Shown here piece after piece: positions 31,308 to 42,988 of a stretch of DNA of 64,000 bases (its first letter is position 1; every line of letters starts with the position of its first letter). The stretch is taken from IMG/VR virus record IMGVR_UViG_3300027815_000003, positions 1 through 64,000 of that record; one strand, written 5' to 3'. The notes beneath the pieces are model-generated. The model was not told the origin of the DNA, did no database searches, and saw only the letters and a program-made list of their open reading frames with translations. This DNA is from a virus. Position numbers and translations under genes: made by a program.

Positions 31308-32930
31308 CTAAATCTGTATTTTTTCTATTTCCTTTATCAAAGCATTTTTATCAGTTTCAGCAAACTTAATAAGATCAAATATTTTTTCTGACCACCCAGC
31401 AACAAGAACTACATTTTTATCAAACATTTTATTACCATAACCTTTTAGGTCTACAGAATATATTTTTGTTTCTGGACTAAATTTTAGATAATTCTGAACT
31501 AATTTGTCAAAGTGTGGGCCACCTTTTACTCTTGTGGTATCATACCATCTACAACCATCACCAACTTGACAATCAGAAAAAATAATTACTCTTTCTACTT
31601 TTTCTTTTTCCTCTATTAATTTTTCAAAGGCAGTAAAAATTCCAGTTTCGGTACTACCACCGACAGTAGCTGCCACTTTATTTATTTCACTAAAATTCTT
31701 AAAAACACCGTTTTCTCTATTTAATTTTGGCGTCTTTAGTGTATCCCCAAATAATCCAACCCATGTATTTTCAGCTTTTGCCCAATATAATGTAGCAAAA
31801 AGATTAGCAATATCAGCCGAAGTTCTCTTTGACAAAGCTGATACTAAAGAGCCACCGCCAATATCTCCTCTCATGCTTCCACTATTATCTGAAAGAATGA
31901 CTGTTTTCCCTAGTAATTCTGGTATATTATCTACTGATTTTAATACAGCAGATTCTATGGCTCTTTTTACTAATTCAATTCTTGATATATCATTTTTCTC
32001 AAAAATGATAGTTTTGTTTAAATATGGGGTACTTAATTTTTCTACTTCTGCATAGGCCGAAAGAAATCTAAATGGTAATTGTTTTGAATTCAAAACAGCT
32101 TTTTTGTTAGCAACAGCCTTTAATATTTTATTAAAATGTATATCATCTACTTCTACCTGAAGTATATTTCTTAGATTTCTCAATAAAGCCATATAATTTT
32201 TCACAACTAAATTTTGCCCATCATAAGTTACCCAGATATCAATCTGTTTTTCCCAAGCATCTTTTTTGAGTTCTATTTTTTCTTCTTCATTAAGATTTTG
32301 TTCTTTGGCTACCTGCCCAACACCAGAAATATTTACTTCCCATGTTGTGTCAGATTGTTTAAGTTTACCATTCATTAAATCATTATATGTTTTTGACATA
32401 GTATCATTAATGGGTTTAGGATGGACTAAATTAAAAACATCAACCAATGATACTTTTCTATTTTCTCCCCGATAATGTGAAAGCTGATATGTATCAAACT
32501 TTATTAAGGCAGAAGCTACACCCTTTTTAACAGCATTAGGAACTGGTTTACCGACATAGGCAACCAATTCAGTTAAATCATCGACTCTTTCTGCACCAGC
32601 AAAAATAGCATTTTTTACAATACTATCACCTTTATGAACTTTAGATAATTCCCCCATAATAACCGAAAAGGCAGAACGCATATGAAAAACATTTCTTACA
32701 TAAATAGCTAATTTAGCTACAAATAATGGATCTCTTTTTGCTATTTCTTTAATTAATCCAGAAACCCTTTCTATTCTTGACTCTTTTGATTCATAATAGG
32801 AATCTTCAAAAAATGAAGTTAAAACAGAAAAAATAAGTTCTTCTTTGGGAGTTTGTTTGTAACTTTCTTCTCCCATATAATTAGTTGTTAAATTTGTTCT
32901 TGTTTCTTTCTTTTCATTAAATTTAGCCAT
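31308..32930 (-). CDS. Ro60/Rsr-like TROVE domain RNA-binding protein
   Basis: TNYMGEESY, TSFFEDSYY, LAIYVRNVFHMRS, TWEV, ALLRNLRNI, QLPFRFLSAY, vWA DNSGSM, IIFSDCQ. Confidence 0.92.
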   Translation of the reverse strand: MAKFNEKKETRTNLTTNYMGEESYKQTPKEELIFSVLTSFFEDSYYESKESRIERVSGLIKEIAKRDPLFVAKLAIYVRNVFHMRSAFSVIMGELSKVHKGDSIVKNAIFAGAERVDDLTELVAYVGKPVPNAVKKGVASALIKFDTYQLSHYRGENRKVSLVDVFNLVHPKPINDTMSKTYNDLMNGKLKQSDTTWEVNISGVGQVAKEQNLNEEEKIELKKDAWEKQIDIWVTYDGQNLVVKNYMALLRNLRNILQVEVDDIHFNKILKAVANKKAVLNSKQLPFRFLSAYAEVEKLSTPYLNKTIIFEKNDISRIELVKRAIESAVLKSVDNIPELLGKTVILSDNSGSMRGDIGGGSLVSALSKRTSADIANLFATLYWAKAENTWVGLFGDTLKTPKLNRENGVFKNFSEINKVAATVGGSTETGIFTAFEKLIEEKEKVERVIIFSDCQVGDGCRWYDTTRVKGGPHFDKLVQNYLKFSPETKIYSVDLKGYGNKMFDKNVVLVAGWSEKIFDLIKFAETDKNALIKEIEKIQI

Positions 32931-32976
32931 TTTCTTTTCCTTTCACTTTCTTTTATTTATTAGAAGATATTTTATG

Positions 32977-33078
32977 TGGGTAGTGTAGGATTCGAACCTA
33001 CAGGAGAACCAACTTAACTAACGAATCGAACATTATTTCTGGGAATTACCACAGTGCAGCCAATTGCAAGACTACCCA
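32977..33078 (-). ncRNA. tRNA-shaped RNA with the anticodon arm replaced (Y-RNA-like)
   Basis: TGGGTAGT/ACTACCCA stem, D arm TGC-AATTGGCT-GCA, canonical T arm GTAGG-TTCGAAT-CCTAC; no 7-nt anticodon loop; no CCA. Confidence 0.7.
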
Positions 33079-33086
33079 TATTTTTC

Positions 33087-33240
33087 ATAACAGAGAAAAA
33101 TATAATTAGTGTTTTCTATTTTCCGTTGCTCTTCCAATTGAGCTATATTGATTTTTGATTTCTATTATATCAAAAAGGAGACTCGAACTCCTAACCTACA
33201 GTTTGACTTTTCGATGAAACTAATTACTAACTTCTGTTAT
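33087..33240 (-). ncRNA. YrlA-like Y RNA (circularly permuted tRNA mimic)
   Basis: Terminal stem ATAACAG...CTGTTAT and TAATTAGT/ACTAATTA; order T arm (AGGAG-TTCGAGT-CTCCT), loop-closed acceptor, D arm (GCTC-AATTGGAA-GAGC); upstream of the Ro60 gene. Confidence 0.8.
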
Positions 33241-33735
33241 ATTTTTATTATTTTGAGGCTTCTATTGCAGCAACCAAATCTTCATTATATCCACCCCTAC
33301 AAATATATAGTTCTTGTGCGGTTTCTGAAGCATTTGCACACCCTACAGCCCTCTGTGTAATATTTTTAATATTTGTTGTTACCATAATAGTAACAACAAT
33401 TAACGCTACTATAATAACAGAAGTAATACCCAATATAAGAACCTTATCATTATCCAATTTATTTTATTCCTTTCTCTATATTATCTAATTCAATAATTCT
33501 ATTTATATCTTCTTTAGTTTTTCTACTTCCGACATGCCATCCATTACAAAATGGACAAGGATATGCTTCTAAATTTCTTCCCTTTTTGTTATTTATCTCT
33601 AATGCTTTTTTATTTGCAGTTTCTTCACTCTTATAATTTATTTTTGATCCACAAGAATTTTGTTTACCACAAAGATAAGCTATTTTTAATTGTAAATTAT
33701 ATTCATCTATATCCATATATTTATTTTTGTCTCAG

Positions 33736-34383
33736 TTATTTTCCTGCCGCATTTTTCCTATCTTCGTCCGTCACTAATGAATCTAAAGTTGTATTACCAC
33801 CAGAATATCTTTGTCTAGCAATTGTAGCTGTAGAATAAGCTGCCGAAACACCTGCGGCACCAGAAGTGTTTAAGAAATTACTAGCAGTAGTTGTACCAAT
33901 AAAATTATTTACTTGGCTCCAGGCATCTACAGCTACACCAAGATACATAAATGCCCATCCTAGTGTTTCTTTATCTTTCATCATGGTTTTAAGTTTATCC
34001 AATGTCATTTCTTTACTGGAATTTTCTTGACCGTCAGTAAAAATAACAGTCAATACTTTATCACCAGATTTTACTTTATCTTCTATATTTCTCAAAGAAT
34101 GAGAAATTGCATCATATAAGGGTGTCATTGCTCCAGGGCGATATGATTTATTATCCAAATGATTTACTATAGATGGCAATACATCATCATAAACTTGCTC
34201 TAATTTTGTAGAATCAAACTTTAATAGACTAAATCTATATAATTCATCTCCATCAGCTTTTAAATCATCAATATATTTATTAAATCCAGTCATTACTTCG
34301 TGTTCTATATTAGACATAGAACCAGTTTCATCTAATACAAAATTGATATGAGTTAGCCCCTTTGTTATTTTCTTTTTTGCCAT
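33736..34383 (-). CDS. von Willebrand factor A (vWA) domain protein
   Basis: FVLDETGSM MIDAS, TPLYDAI, IFTDGQENSS; start MAKK at 34383. Confidence 0.85.
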   Translation of the reverse strand: MAKKKITKGLTHINFVLDETGSMSNIEHEVMTGFNKYIDDLKADGDELYRFSLLKFDSTKLEQVYDDVLPSIVNHLDNKSYRPGAMTPLYDAISHSLRNIEDKVKSGDKVLTVIFTDGQENSSKEMTLDKLKTMMKDKETLGWAFMYLGVAVDAWSQVNNFIGTTTASNFLNTSGAAGVSAAYSTATIARQRYSGGNTTLDSLVTDEDRKNAAGK

Positions 34384-34406
34384 TTTATTTTTCTTTCTTT
34401 TTATAT

Positions 34407-34468
34407 CTAGAAGAAACTTTAGTTTAGTATTTTTCATAATCCGAAGTAACTAAACAATAACTATCTAG
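34407..34468 (-). ncRNA. minimal Y-RNA-like hairpin
   Basis: CTAGATAG...GTTTAGTTACTTCG / ACTAAAC...TTTCTTCTAG; same end motifs as 33087-33240. Confidence 0.5.
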
Positions 34469-34475
34469 ATTTTTT

Positions 34476-34698
34476 AATTGCAATTTAGATTCTTTCACTC
34501 TAAAACTATGGACTTGTTAGTAATGTGGTCTGATCGCTGACTTTTACAGCGTCATTTTATGCTGTTTCCCTACGTTATTTCTTTGGGTTGCCACATTCGG
34601 CCTTTTTTAGGCTTGCCTTGTTAATTCAGGGTCTGCGTAATAACTACACATTTGTCCATTCAACCGTTACCTTAGCGTCTTATTCCGCCATTGCAATT
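34476..34698 (-). ncRNA. tRNA-like/Y-like RNA with large insertion
   Basis: AATTGCAAT terminal stem; TGGCGGAATAAGACGC D-loop-like segment; shares TGTGG(C/T)AA..C.CA(A)AGAAATAA(C/T)G with 32977-33078. Confidence 0.55.
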
Positions 34699-34907
34699 TT
34701 TTATTAATTAGTCTACTTGATTTAGTAGAGAAATAAGATTTGCTTTTATTCTATCTATATTTTTTTCTGATAATTGCCCGCATCCAGAGCACATACCATT
34801 AATTTGGTATGTTTTTCTGGCACAATTATTACAGTTAGAAATTCTATAGTTTTTAATCATAATATTTCCTTTCATAATTTATCACCCTCTTTTTGTCTGT
34901 ATCTCTT

Positions 34908-34936
34908 AGTATATCACATTTTACTGTTCTTGTCAA
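34908..34936 (-). promoter_or_regulatory. sigma70 promoter heading the Ro60/Y-RNA unit
   Basis: TTGACA-N17-TATACT with extended TG. Confidence 0.85.
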
Positions 34937-35905
34937 ACGGCGGTTATATCTGGTTATCAAATGATCTTTAGATAATAGTATCTATCTTTATGATAATATC
35001 TTTATCTCATAAATTTCTGTTAAATCTTTTTCTGTTACAGTATAGTATTCAAGACTTTTAGTTATATTTATTAACATTGATAAATAACCAGGTAAAGAAT
35101 CATAGTATAGAAACTTTTCTTTTGTTTTATTTATATCACAAAATTTGTTTTCTAATTTAACTATTTTATTTCTTGTGACAACGACACAAATACTTCTAAT
35201 AAAAAAGTATATAAGAATTATATTAATTATCCACATGTTAATTCTTGATAGTATTTAGCCTTTTCTTGCTTTCCGCAAAATTCACATATATTTGCCCAAC
35301 TTGTTAGTTCTCTACATCTAAAACAAACATCTATAAATTCTTCTGCAGGTATACTATGGCAACATACACTTCTCAACATAAAATTATGAGAACATTTATT
35401 TTCTATTTTATCCCAAATTTCTTCTGCTCTTTTTATATCTTTTTCTGATAGTGGTGATAAATCAATATAAATAAGTGCATATAATGGAGATAATTGTTCC
35501 GTAGAAACATTAAATTCATTTCTTATACAATCAGCAATTTCCAATAGATATTCTTTTTGTTCTTTTGTAAATGTTAAATGTTTTTCTTTATTTGGTATAA
35601 ACATTATATTTTACCATTCATTAAACTCTTTTCTATAATCTGGATATCCATGTGCTATATTTTCTCCAAAACTTTCTTTTAATTTTTCTTGTTCTTTTTC
35701 TAAAAATTCCCAATTATATTTCAAACCAGGATTTTCTTTTGTTATTACATAAATAGCAGGTTCCCCACCAGATATACTATCCTCAATCTCACTCACTGTC
35801 GCTTTACCGCCAACAAAATAATCTATCCCGTGACTTAAATAAAAAGAAGACGGTATATAAATAGTATCTCCAACTTCAGGTAACATATTTTTAATTCTTT
35901 CTTTA

Positions 35906-35993
35906 TGGCTGGGAATAATGGGGTCGAACCATTGTAGTATTTCTACTAATTTTAGTTTAGCAAACTAATACATTGCCTCTCTGTCAATTCCCA
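35906..35993 (-). tRNA. tRNA-Ser(GCU)
   Basis: TGGGAAT/ATTCCCA-G-CCA; TTAGT-TTGCTAA-ACTAA; long V arm AGTA-GAAA-TACT; AATGG-TTCGACC-CCATT. Confidence 0.88.
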
Positions 35994-36017
35994 ACAGCCA
36001 ACAGTATATCATATCCT

Positions 36018-36365
36018 TCACAGATTGTCAAGCCCATAGACTGTCATTCCAGCAGCCCATTTATTTTCATTACATAATCCAGCATTCATTTCTATAATAA
36101 AGTTTGAACTAGGAAGAACAATCATTATTTTCCCTTTTTCTACGTTCTTTTCTATATGAATTATTTTCTTATCTCTTACACAAACAATATCTATAGGAAA
36201 AAGCATTTTTGTTGTATTAAAAAGATGTTTTGGAAGAGTATAAACAAACGGGAAAACAAGACATTTATCCATAGGTAATGATTCTAAATCTGACAGCCCT
36301 TGTGCTTGTTCTTCTGGTGTTCTAGCTACTATTATATCTAATTGTTTGTTACCTATTTTAATCAA
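36018..36365 (-). CDS. DUF192 family protein
   Basis: VARTPEEQAQGL...CLVFPF...TTKMLFPIDIV...IIEMNAG. Confidence 0.75.
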   Translation of the reverse strand: MIKIGNKQLDIIVARTPEEQAQGLSDLESLPMDKCLVFPFVYTLPKHLFNTTKMLFPIDIVCVRDKKIIHIEKNVEKGKIMIVLPSSNFIIEMNAGLCNENKWAAGMTVYGLDNL

Positions 36366-37352
36366 TTATTTCTCCTTTTTTTGTATAGCTAATTTTTTAT
36401 TTTGTAAAATATTTTTTAAATGATATAGTGTATTTTCGTCATCAAAATCACTAGCAAATCCCTGTAAAATATAAAGTTTTTGCCAAAATTCTAATTCATC
36501 TTTTCCATTAATATAATCTACAGAATCTAAATATCTTTTTGTTATATTACCTATTACACCAGATATCGCACCATCAGGCCAAAATTCAACAGATAAATTA
36601 ATCCACTCGTATCCAATAACTATTGTATCTTTTAACTCATTTTTTAATAAATTAAAAAATGGATGAACTTGAATTTCTAATAAATCTTTTACTTCTTGTA
36701 ATAATTTATAATTATTTTTATCCATCGTATTCCTTATTTATTTTCATTTGCCTTCTATGTTTTTGTAATTCATTAATCGCTACATCTAAATTATCTAATA
36801 AAGTTTCCTCTATTTTATCATTATTAGTATAATCTTTATTATAATAGGGAATAGGTTGAAATGCAGCAAATCTTTCATTTCTTCTATCAGCAATATTAAT
36901 ATCTAATACATAATCATTGTCGCAATCTATTATATTATGTTCTATTCTCCAATTATACAATGACTCTAAAATTTGTTGTATTTGTTCATCGGTTATATCT
37001 TGCCAAGAATAAACTTGTTTAGTCATTTTTACCCCTAAACTTTTCTGGTAAACTATTTATACCAGTGTGTTCTTTTCTAAAATCAACATATTCATCTATT
37101 TCCCACATTTCGCCATCATTAATTCCACCTTCTGTACAAGAAGTATCATCTATATCTTTTATGTAAATATTACACCATTTACACCAGTAAGATATTAAAA
37201 AATCTCCGCCATCTTTTTGTACCAAATAATTAGCTTGTTCCCCTATATAAATAATATCTGGGCATCCAAAACATTTATGTTCTTTCCTAACTTTTACAAC
37301 ACTATCTCTAAATATTATCATTTACCCCATCTATCTAAAGCGATTAGTTTAT

Positions 37353-38060
37353 TCATTCCCAATAATTTCTCCTTATATTAATAAGAAAATCGTTGACAGG
37401 TTCAAGGTTCTTTTCTTTATTTGGATTTTCTTGATATGCTTTTTCTAATTCAGCTTTTAATAATTCAGAAGTATTTATAATTTGTCCTATATCAATTACA
37501 CCATTTTTAACATCCATTAAATAAGCATTCCAAGCATGATGTTCTTTTAATCCGATTAAGACATCATATTTATTTAATACCTCTACTGAAAAAGTCCCAG
37601 TTCTTAGTAATTCAATACCCTGGATTAAAACACGCAAATGCGCTACAGCAAGTTTTGAACGTTCTTTAAAAGCATTTGATTCATTAAACATCCTCTTCTG
37701 CTGTGAATGTGAGTAGCCCGTATAGGCATTATATATACCCTTACTACTCCAAACATAAGGAAACAAACTTCTTAATTCTTCTGCCATTTTTATATTATCA
37801 GATTCAAGAATTGGAGATTTAAATAATTCTAAAATAGTGGGGTTGCTGGATAGTCCCAAACGCAAAAGATGTTCGACTTCCATAGACATATTATCCTCAT
37901 CTTCTCTTATTGTTTGTTTTATTTTTGGTTCTGGCCCAATTTCTAATAATCTAGATGTAGGCCAGAGAAATACAGATTTAGTATCTATATCGCTAAATTC
38001 ATTCGCCAAATTATAAGCCCGACTTCCAACAAGGCATTTCATTATTGTAAAATTTTTCAT
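37353..38060 (-). CDS. predicted nucleotidyltransferase (polymerase-beta superfamily, YcgL/RlaP-like)
   Basis: VGSRAYNLANEFSDIDTKSVF (GS...DxD); SSNPTILELF; AHLRVL. Confidence 0.85.
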   Translation of the reverse strand: MKNFTIMKCLVGSRAYNLANEFSDIDTKSVFLWPTSRLLEIGPEPKIKQTIREDEDNMSMEVEHLLRLGLSSNPTILELFKSPILESDNIKMAEELRSLFPYVWSSKGIYNAYTGYSHSQQKRMFNESNAFKERSKLAVAHLRVLIQGIELLRTGTFSVEVLNKYDVLIGLKEHHAWNAYLMDVKNGVIDIGQIINTSELLKAELEKAYQENPNKEKNLEPVNDFLINIRRNYWE

Positions 38061-38063
38061 AAT

Positions 38064-39070
38064 TTAACTAAACGGCTCCCATTTTGATTTTAAAATAATA
38101 TCATAACAATCAGCACATATATCATCTTTTTTATCTAGATAAATAAGAGGAGATAAGGTATGATTATCTTTAGTTTTTACAAATATTTTAAATCCACTTA
38201 ATCTAACTTTAACCTCTTTATTGCAAATATCACAATTTATTATTTTCATTTTTTCTTTGTCTGTTTCTATACTCTTCTATTTTTCTATCTTCCTCTTCGT
38301 CTTCTTTCTCCCATTTTTCTTTTGTTTTTTTAATTATTTCTCTTAGTTTTTTCCCTAAATTTTCAAACAAAACATTTTCTGGTCGATAATAAACTGTCCT
38401 TTCATAATTAATAGAAATATAATATCTTACATTGATATTATCATTGTCTATATCAATATCTATATATAATGTTCTATCTTCATCACGACAAATTTTAATA
38501 CCATAAGAATTTTTATAAAAACTTATCCAACAATTATAATCCTCTTTTGCCAAATCAATAACAATAGATTCTATAGTTAATAAATCATGTTTTATTTCAA
38601 AATCACTAGGCATTAGCTTCTTTTACCCCATCTTCATAACCATAATCTCTACCATATTGATATTCTTTTTTTAGTTCTTTTTTATGGTTTTCTTTTAAAT
38701 CTTCAATTTGTTTTGTTAATTCATCTATTCGTTCTTGTGCCCTATATTCTATTTCTGCTATTTTTTCTTTCGCCTCTAATTCAGCTTCATTAAATCCTTC
38801 TTTATATCCCTCGTCTGAAGCATCATCAATCTCATCTCTCATTCCATCTTCACATTCATCATATCCTTTTTGCCATTCGTCTTGTATATTTTTCTCATAT
38901 TCATCTAAAGAATATAACACGAAATCAGTGCTATTTAAATGATCTACAATTTCTTTTATCTCTTCTTGCTCTAAATAAACGATATATCCATCATTTAATC
39001 TAATACTTATCCCACCATATAAACTTTCTGGTGTGGAAATTATACTATAATCTTTATTATTTATACGCAT
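38064..39070 (-). other. three hypothetical CDS (38064-38249, 38230-38613, 38606-39070 with GY(D/K)EG repeats)
   Basis: Contiguous minus-strand ORFs. Confidence 0.55.
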
Positions 39071-39102
39071 TATTTAATTTTCCTTTCTTTCATTTTCTTG
39101 TT

Positions 39103-39180
39103 TGGTCTGGGTAGAAAGCTCCGCCCTTTCAAGATTTCTAGAGTCCAAGTCTAGTGGCCTTCTAAATGGCCCTTACCCAG
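39103..39180 (-). tRNA. tRNA-Pro(UGG)
   Basis: CTGGGTA/TACCCAG-A-CCA; GGCC/GGCC D stem; CTAGA-CTTGGAC-TCTAG; T loop GGCGGAG. Confidence 0.82.
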
Positions 39181-40298
39181 AAATATTAACTATTTATTCT
39201 ATTACTCATTTTACACCCCTAAAAATCATATTAAGAATTGTTTTATCGTTCCAATAACAATTGGGACATTCAATTGAATGTAAAGACATAATTATTTCAA
39301 AATTATTTTGTACTTCTTTTTCAAAAATTCTCCAACTTATTCCATAAACCCCCAAAACATTTTTATAATTTTCCGTTCTCTATCATATCTATTTTTTATC
39401 CTGTAACATCCCATTTTTTGCCATTAACTCACAAATATATTCACATTTAGCAATTATATCTTTCTTTTCTGCTTCATCTAATTTTAAGTGCCAAATATCT
39501 ATTACAAGATTTTCTATAGCTTCTTCTACATCATTAAATTCTGATAATACCGCTTTTATTTGTTTTTGTGTTTTCTTACTCATATTTCATCACATCTATA
39601 ATCCCATTTAATACTGGTTGCCAAATCTGTTTCGGGTAATCATTGCCTATATTTTTAGCAAATGCAAACATTTTTGCCTCTCCTTGTATTCTAGAATCGT
39701 GATGAATTAAACTAAACCTTTTTATAATATCGTTGGAAATAGATTCACTAGAAATTGTTTCTATAAAATAATTGTGTGCCTTTTCGCACACATAGCATTT
39801 TTTCTTTTCAGTTGTACTTTCCATAAATTCCCTTTCAGTCATTATAGCACTTTCAGTTTCAGATGTCAAGTACCATTTTTCTTATTTTCTGAAACAAAAT
39901 GCATCGCTACTAAAAAAGTATCTGGGCCACTTAAAATAAAATCATCTGGAACAGAAGATAATGCCTCTTTAATTTCTTTTATATTTATATTTTTACTACT
40001 ATATAATTTGACAAAAACATCACCAGGCATATAATCTATTTCATACTTATCTGTTTTAGGTATATCTCCTCTTATTACTCTTGTATTCCTATATAATTTT
40101 ATATCCTCTTCGTTTCTTTTTGCTTTTTCTGGGTCAGGTTTACCATCATTAAGAAACATTTCTCTAAAACGTTTAGCATCGTTACCTGTTAAAACTGGAT
40201 TAGAGAAAGTGTCAAATTTTGCTTTATCATTTTTTAATTGATTATTTAGCTTTTTTACTTCTCTATCTAATTCTTCTTTTTGTGTATGCCTTTTCATA

Positions 40299-40697
40299 TT
40301 ATTTTATTCTTTCTACACATAATTTTTGAACACCCTTATCATTTATCAATATTGTCTTTATCCCCATTGTAATCGCACGATTTAAACAATCTTTCGTCCC
40401 GTTTGATTCTTCTATATTCGCACTATATCCAATTACGAGGTCTGGTATAAAAAACAATAACATCGCTTGGTTTCTTAAAAATCCAGCAGCTTTCATATGA
40501 TAATCCCATAAAGCATTACATTCAAAAACATAAATACCAAGAGATTGTGCAATTTCTTTAGATATACTATCTAGCCCTTTCGCTCCACCCTCGCACAGGC
40601 ATAAATCATCTTTATATTTCTCTTTTAGTTTTATTAGGACATCTTTAACTATATCTTTATTTGTCCAGGTACGACTGCCAGTGAAAAGTACCTTCAT
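40299..40697 (-). CDS. SLOG (YspA/DUF2493-like) family protein
   Basis: MKVLFTGSRTW, EGGAKGLD, AAGFLRNQAM, SNGTKDC. Confidence 0.8.
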   Translation of the reverse strand: MKVLFTGSRTWTNKDIVKDVLIKLKEKYKDDLCLCEGGAKGLDSISKEIAQSLGIYVFECNALWDYHMKAAGFLRNQAMLLFFIPDLVIGYSANIEESNGTKDCLNRAITMGIKTILINDKGVQKLCVERIK

Positions 40698-42318
40698 TTA
40701 CTCATCCATATCCCTTTCTAACAAATGTTTTATTAATGCCTTGTTTGCATTTTTATTTTCTTCAAAATATTTTTCTAATAACCATTGCATTAAACCAGTA
40801 CATTTCTCGCAGAATTGTTTATCAAGAATTTCTCCATCACTATTAGAGAAATAACCCCAATTTGCTTTTAGTGTAGCATGTTCTGCAGAAAAAAATGGTA
40901 ATGTCTCTTTTGTTACGCAACTTCTGCCACACCCATCACAGATTACATCTACGGTTACTTCTTGTTCAATTGATTGTATTTGTGTTTTAATCATCTATTT
41001 CTTATTATAAAATATATCCCCACAACATCCATTTTCTTTATCATATATTTTTCCACAATGACCACAATAATTAGAAAGCAACTCAACTCTTTGTTCGTCT
41101 GTCAGTAAAGTATCAACAAGATATTGTATTTGATCTAAAAAATTATCATTTTTGCCACAAGAACAACTTCCACAATCACATTCTTCTAATTCTGTCTTGT
41201 TTCCTGAATCTTCTGCTTCTACACATTCTCTATTCTTCATTATTCTTTCTCCTTTACAATAATTTTGAATACCTTTGTCTGACCAATTTCATCTGCATTC
41301 AATTGTACCATATCAAGGTTACAGTTGTCAAGTACCTTAAGAAATTGTTCTATTATTTCTTTCATAGTTTTTGGTTTTGTAGGCGAAAAGACAAATGATG
41401 GATAAGTATTTAAACACACGCATGAATTTTTAAAACATATCCCGCAAATATAATAATAATTACCACCAGTTGTCGTTACTGTTTGTAATGATGGTTTACA
41501 TGTACATTGAAAACTACCGCATGTAGTACAGGCTATTTGATAATAATAATTTGTCATTTTATTCTTTTACCTCTTCTTTTTTATTTTCTATTATTTTCCC
41601 TTGTTTTTGTAATTCTAGCCTTATAAGAAAATCAATTATTTTTGTTACATCTTTTTCATTTAGAATTTCATCTGGGACTTGGGATAAAACATTAAGAGCA
41701 TTTACAATTCTATTTGCCAATTGAACACTTTTTTCATCTCTCCCAACTAAAAACTCATCATATCCAGTAATCTTTATATACGGTGCATCCCCACCAACAA
41801 ACATTGGTTTCATGTAAAAAGAAGCCAATTGACTTTTTGTAAAAATAAGTTTATCTAAAACTTCATTTACATTATTTGTTTTTGTAGAAACTATATTATT
41901 GTCAATATCCACAGAAGCCATTTCTTCTTGTATATTATATATCATCTCAAATGTTTTATCTTTACTTACTATATTATACATAACTAAAGTATCTGAAAAT
42001 GAATTTCCAGATGTAAGACAAAAATCAAACCATTCTTTGATTTTGTTTTTTAATAAAATAGAATCTATCTTTTTGACTAAAACAATTTGATATGGAGAAA
42101 ATCCTTGCGGTTGTAAATTAGAATAACTATTTTGTTCTTGCTGTTGACCTTGTAAGTTATTAATAAAATTTTGTCTTACTTCAAATGGATCAGTTCCCTC
42201 ATCAACAACTCTAGGCTGCACAGCAGCGTTTTGTGGGCCACCAGTTACAGCTAAACGTTTCTTTAATAATTGTTCTTTTAGTAATTCTATATCCACATTA
42301 TTTCCTTTTCTTTATTTA

Positions 42319-42612
42319 TCATTTCTTTATTAAGAGTATACTTACGCTATTTTCTTTTATACTTGGACTTCCTGCTACCTTTGCGAACAATACAATTTTA
42401 CCCATTATATTATCATAACATAATTTAAGATTATTTGCGATTCTATCTCTTTGTGTTATAACAAGATTTATCTCACAATCTTTTTCTAACAATTGTTGTA
42501 TTTTTTTTATTTTTATTTCTAGATCGTGATTAAAAATACGACTTGAAATTTGAATTTCTTTACGTTTTTTAGTTTTTTGTCTTGGTGTCTGTACTATTAC
42601 TGACTGTTCCAT
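42319..42612 (-). CDS. translation initiation factor IF3 C-terminal-domain-like protein
   Basis: KEIQISSRIFNHDLEIKIKKIQQLLEKDCEINLVI resembles IF3-C. Confidence 0.55.
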   Translation of the reverse strand: MEQSVIVQTPRQKTKKRKEIQISSRIFNHDLEIKIKKIQQLLEKDCEINLVITQRDRIANNLKLCYDNIMGKIVLFAKVAGSPSIKENSVSILLIKK

Positions 42613-42988
42613 GTTCTCCTTTCTTTATTTGTTCTTTATAATAATTTTCCAAAGAATTAATAGAATCACTATATTTTCCTTTTAATAACTTTAATTCTTC
42701 TGTCTCTTGTGGCTTATTATTTGTTGCCATCCCAATATTTACTTGTTGTTTCATATCCGAACATTCCCACCAAGCATCACACAATTCTTTAAATCCAGAA
42801 ACATTCATTCTTTCTATTAAATTTTTTCTATCTTGTTCTATTCTTTCAATATCTTTTTTCTGTTCATTTTCCCAATTTATTCTCATGCGAGAATAAAGAA
42901 CATCATAAATTTTTTTATTCTTTAATGCGCTATTTCTTATCCATTTTATATTAAATATTTTCTCTAACATTTCCTATATCCTTTCTTA

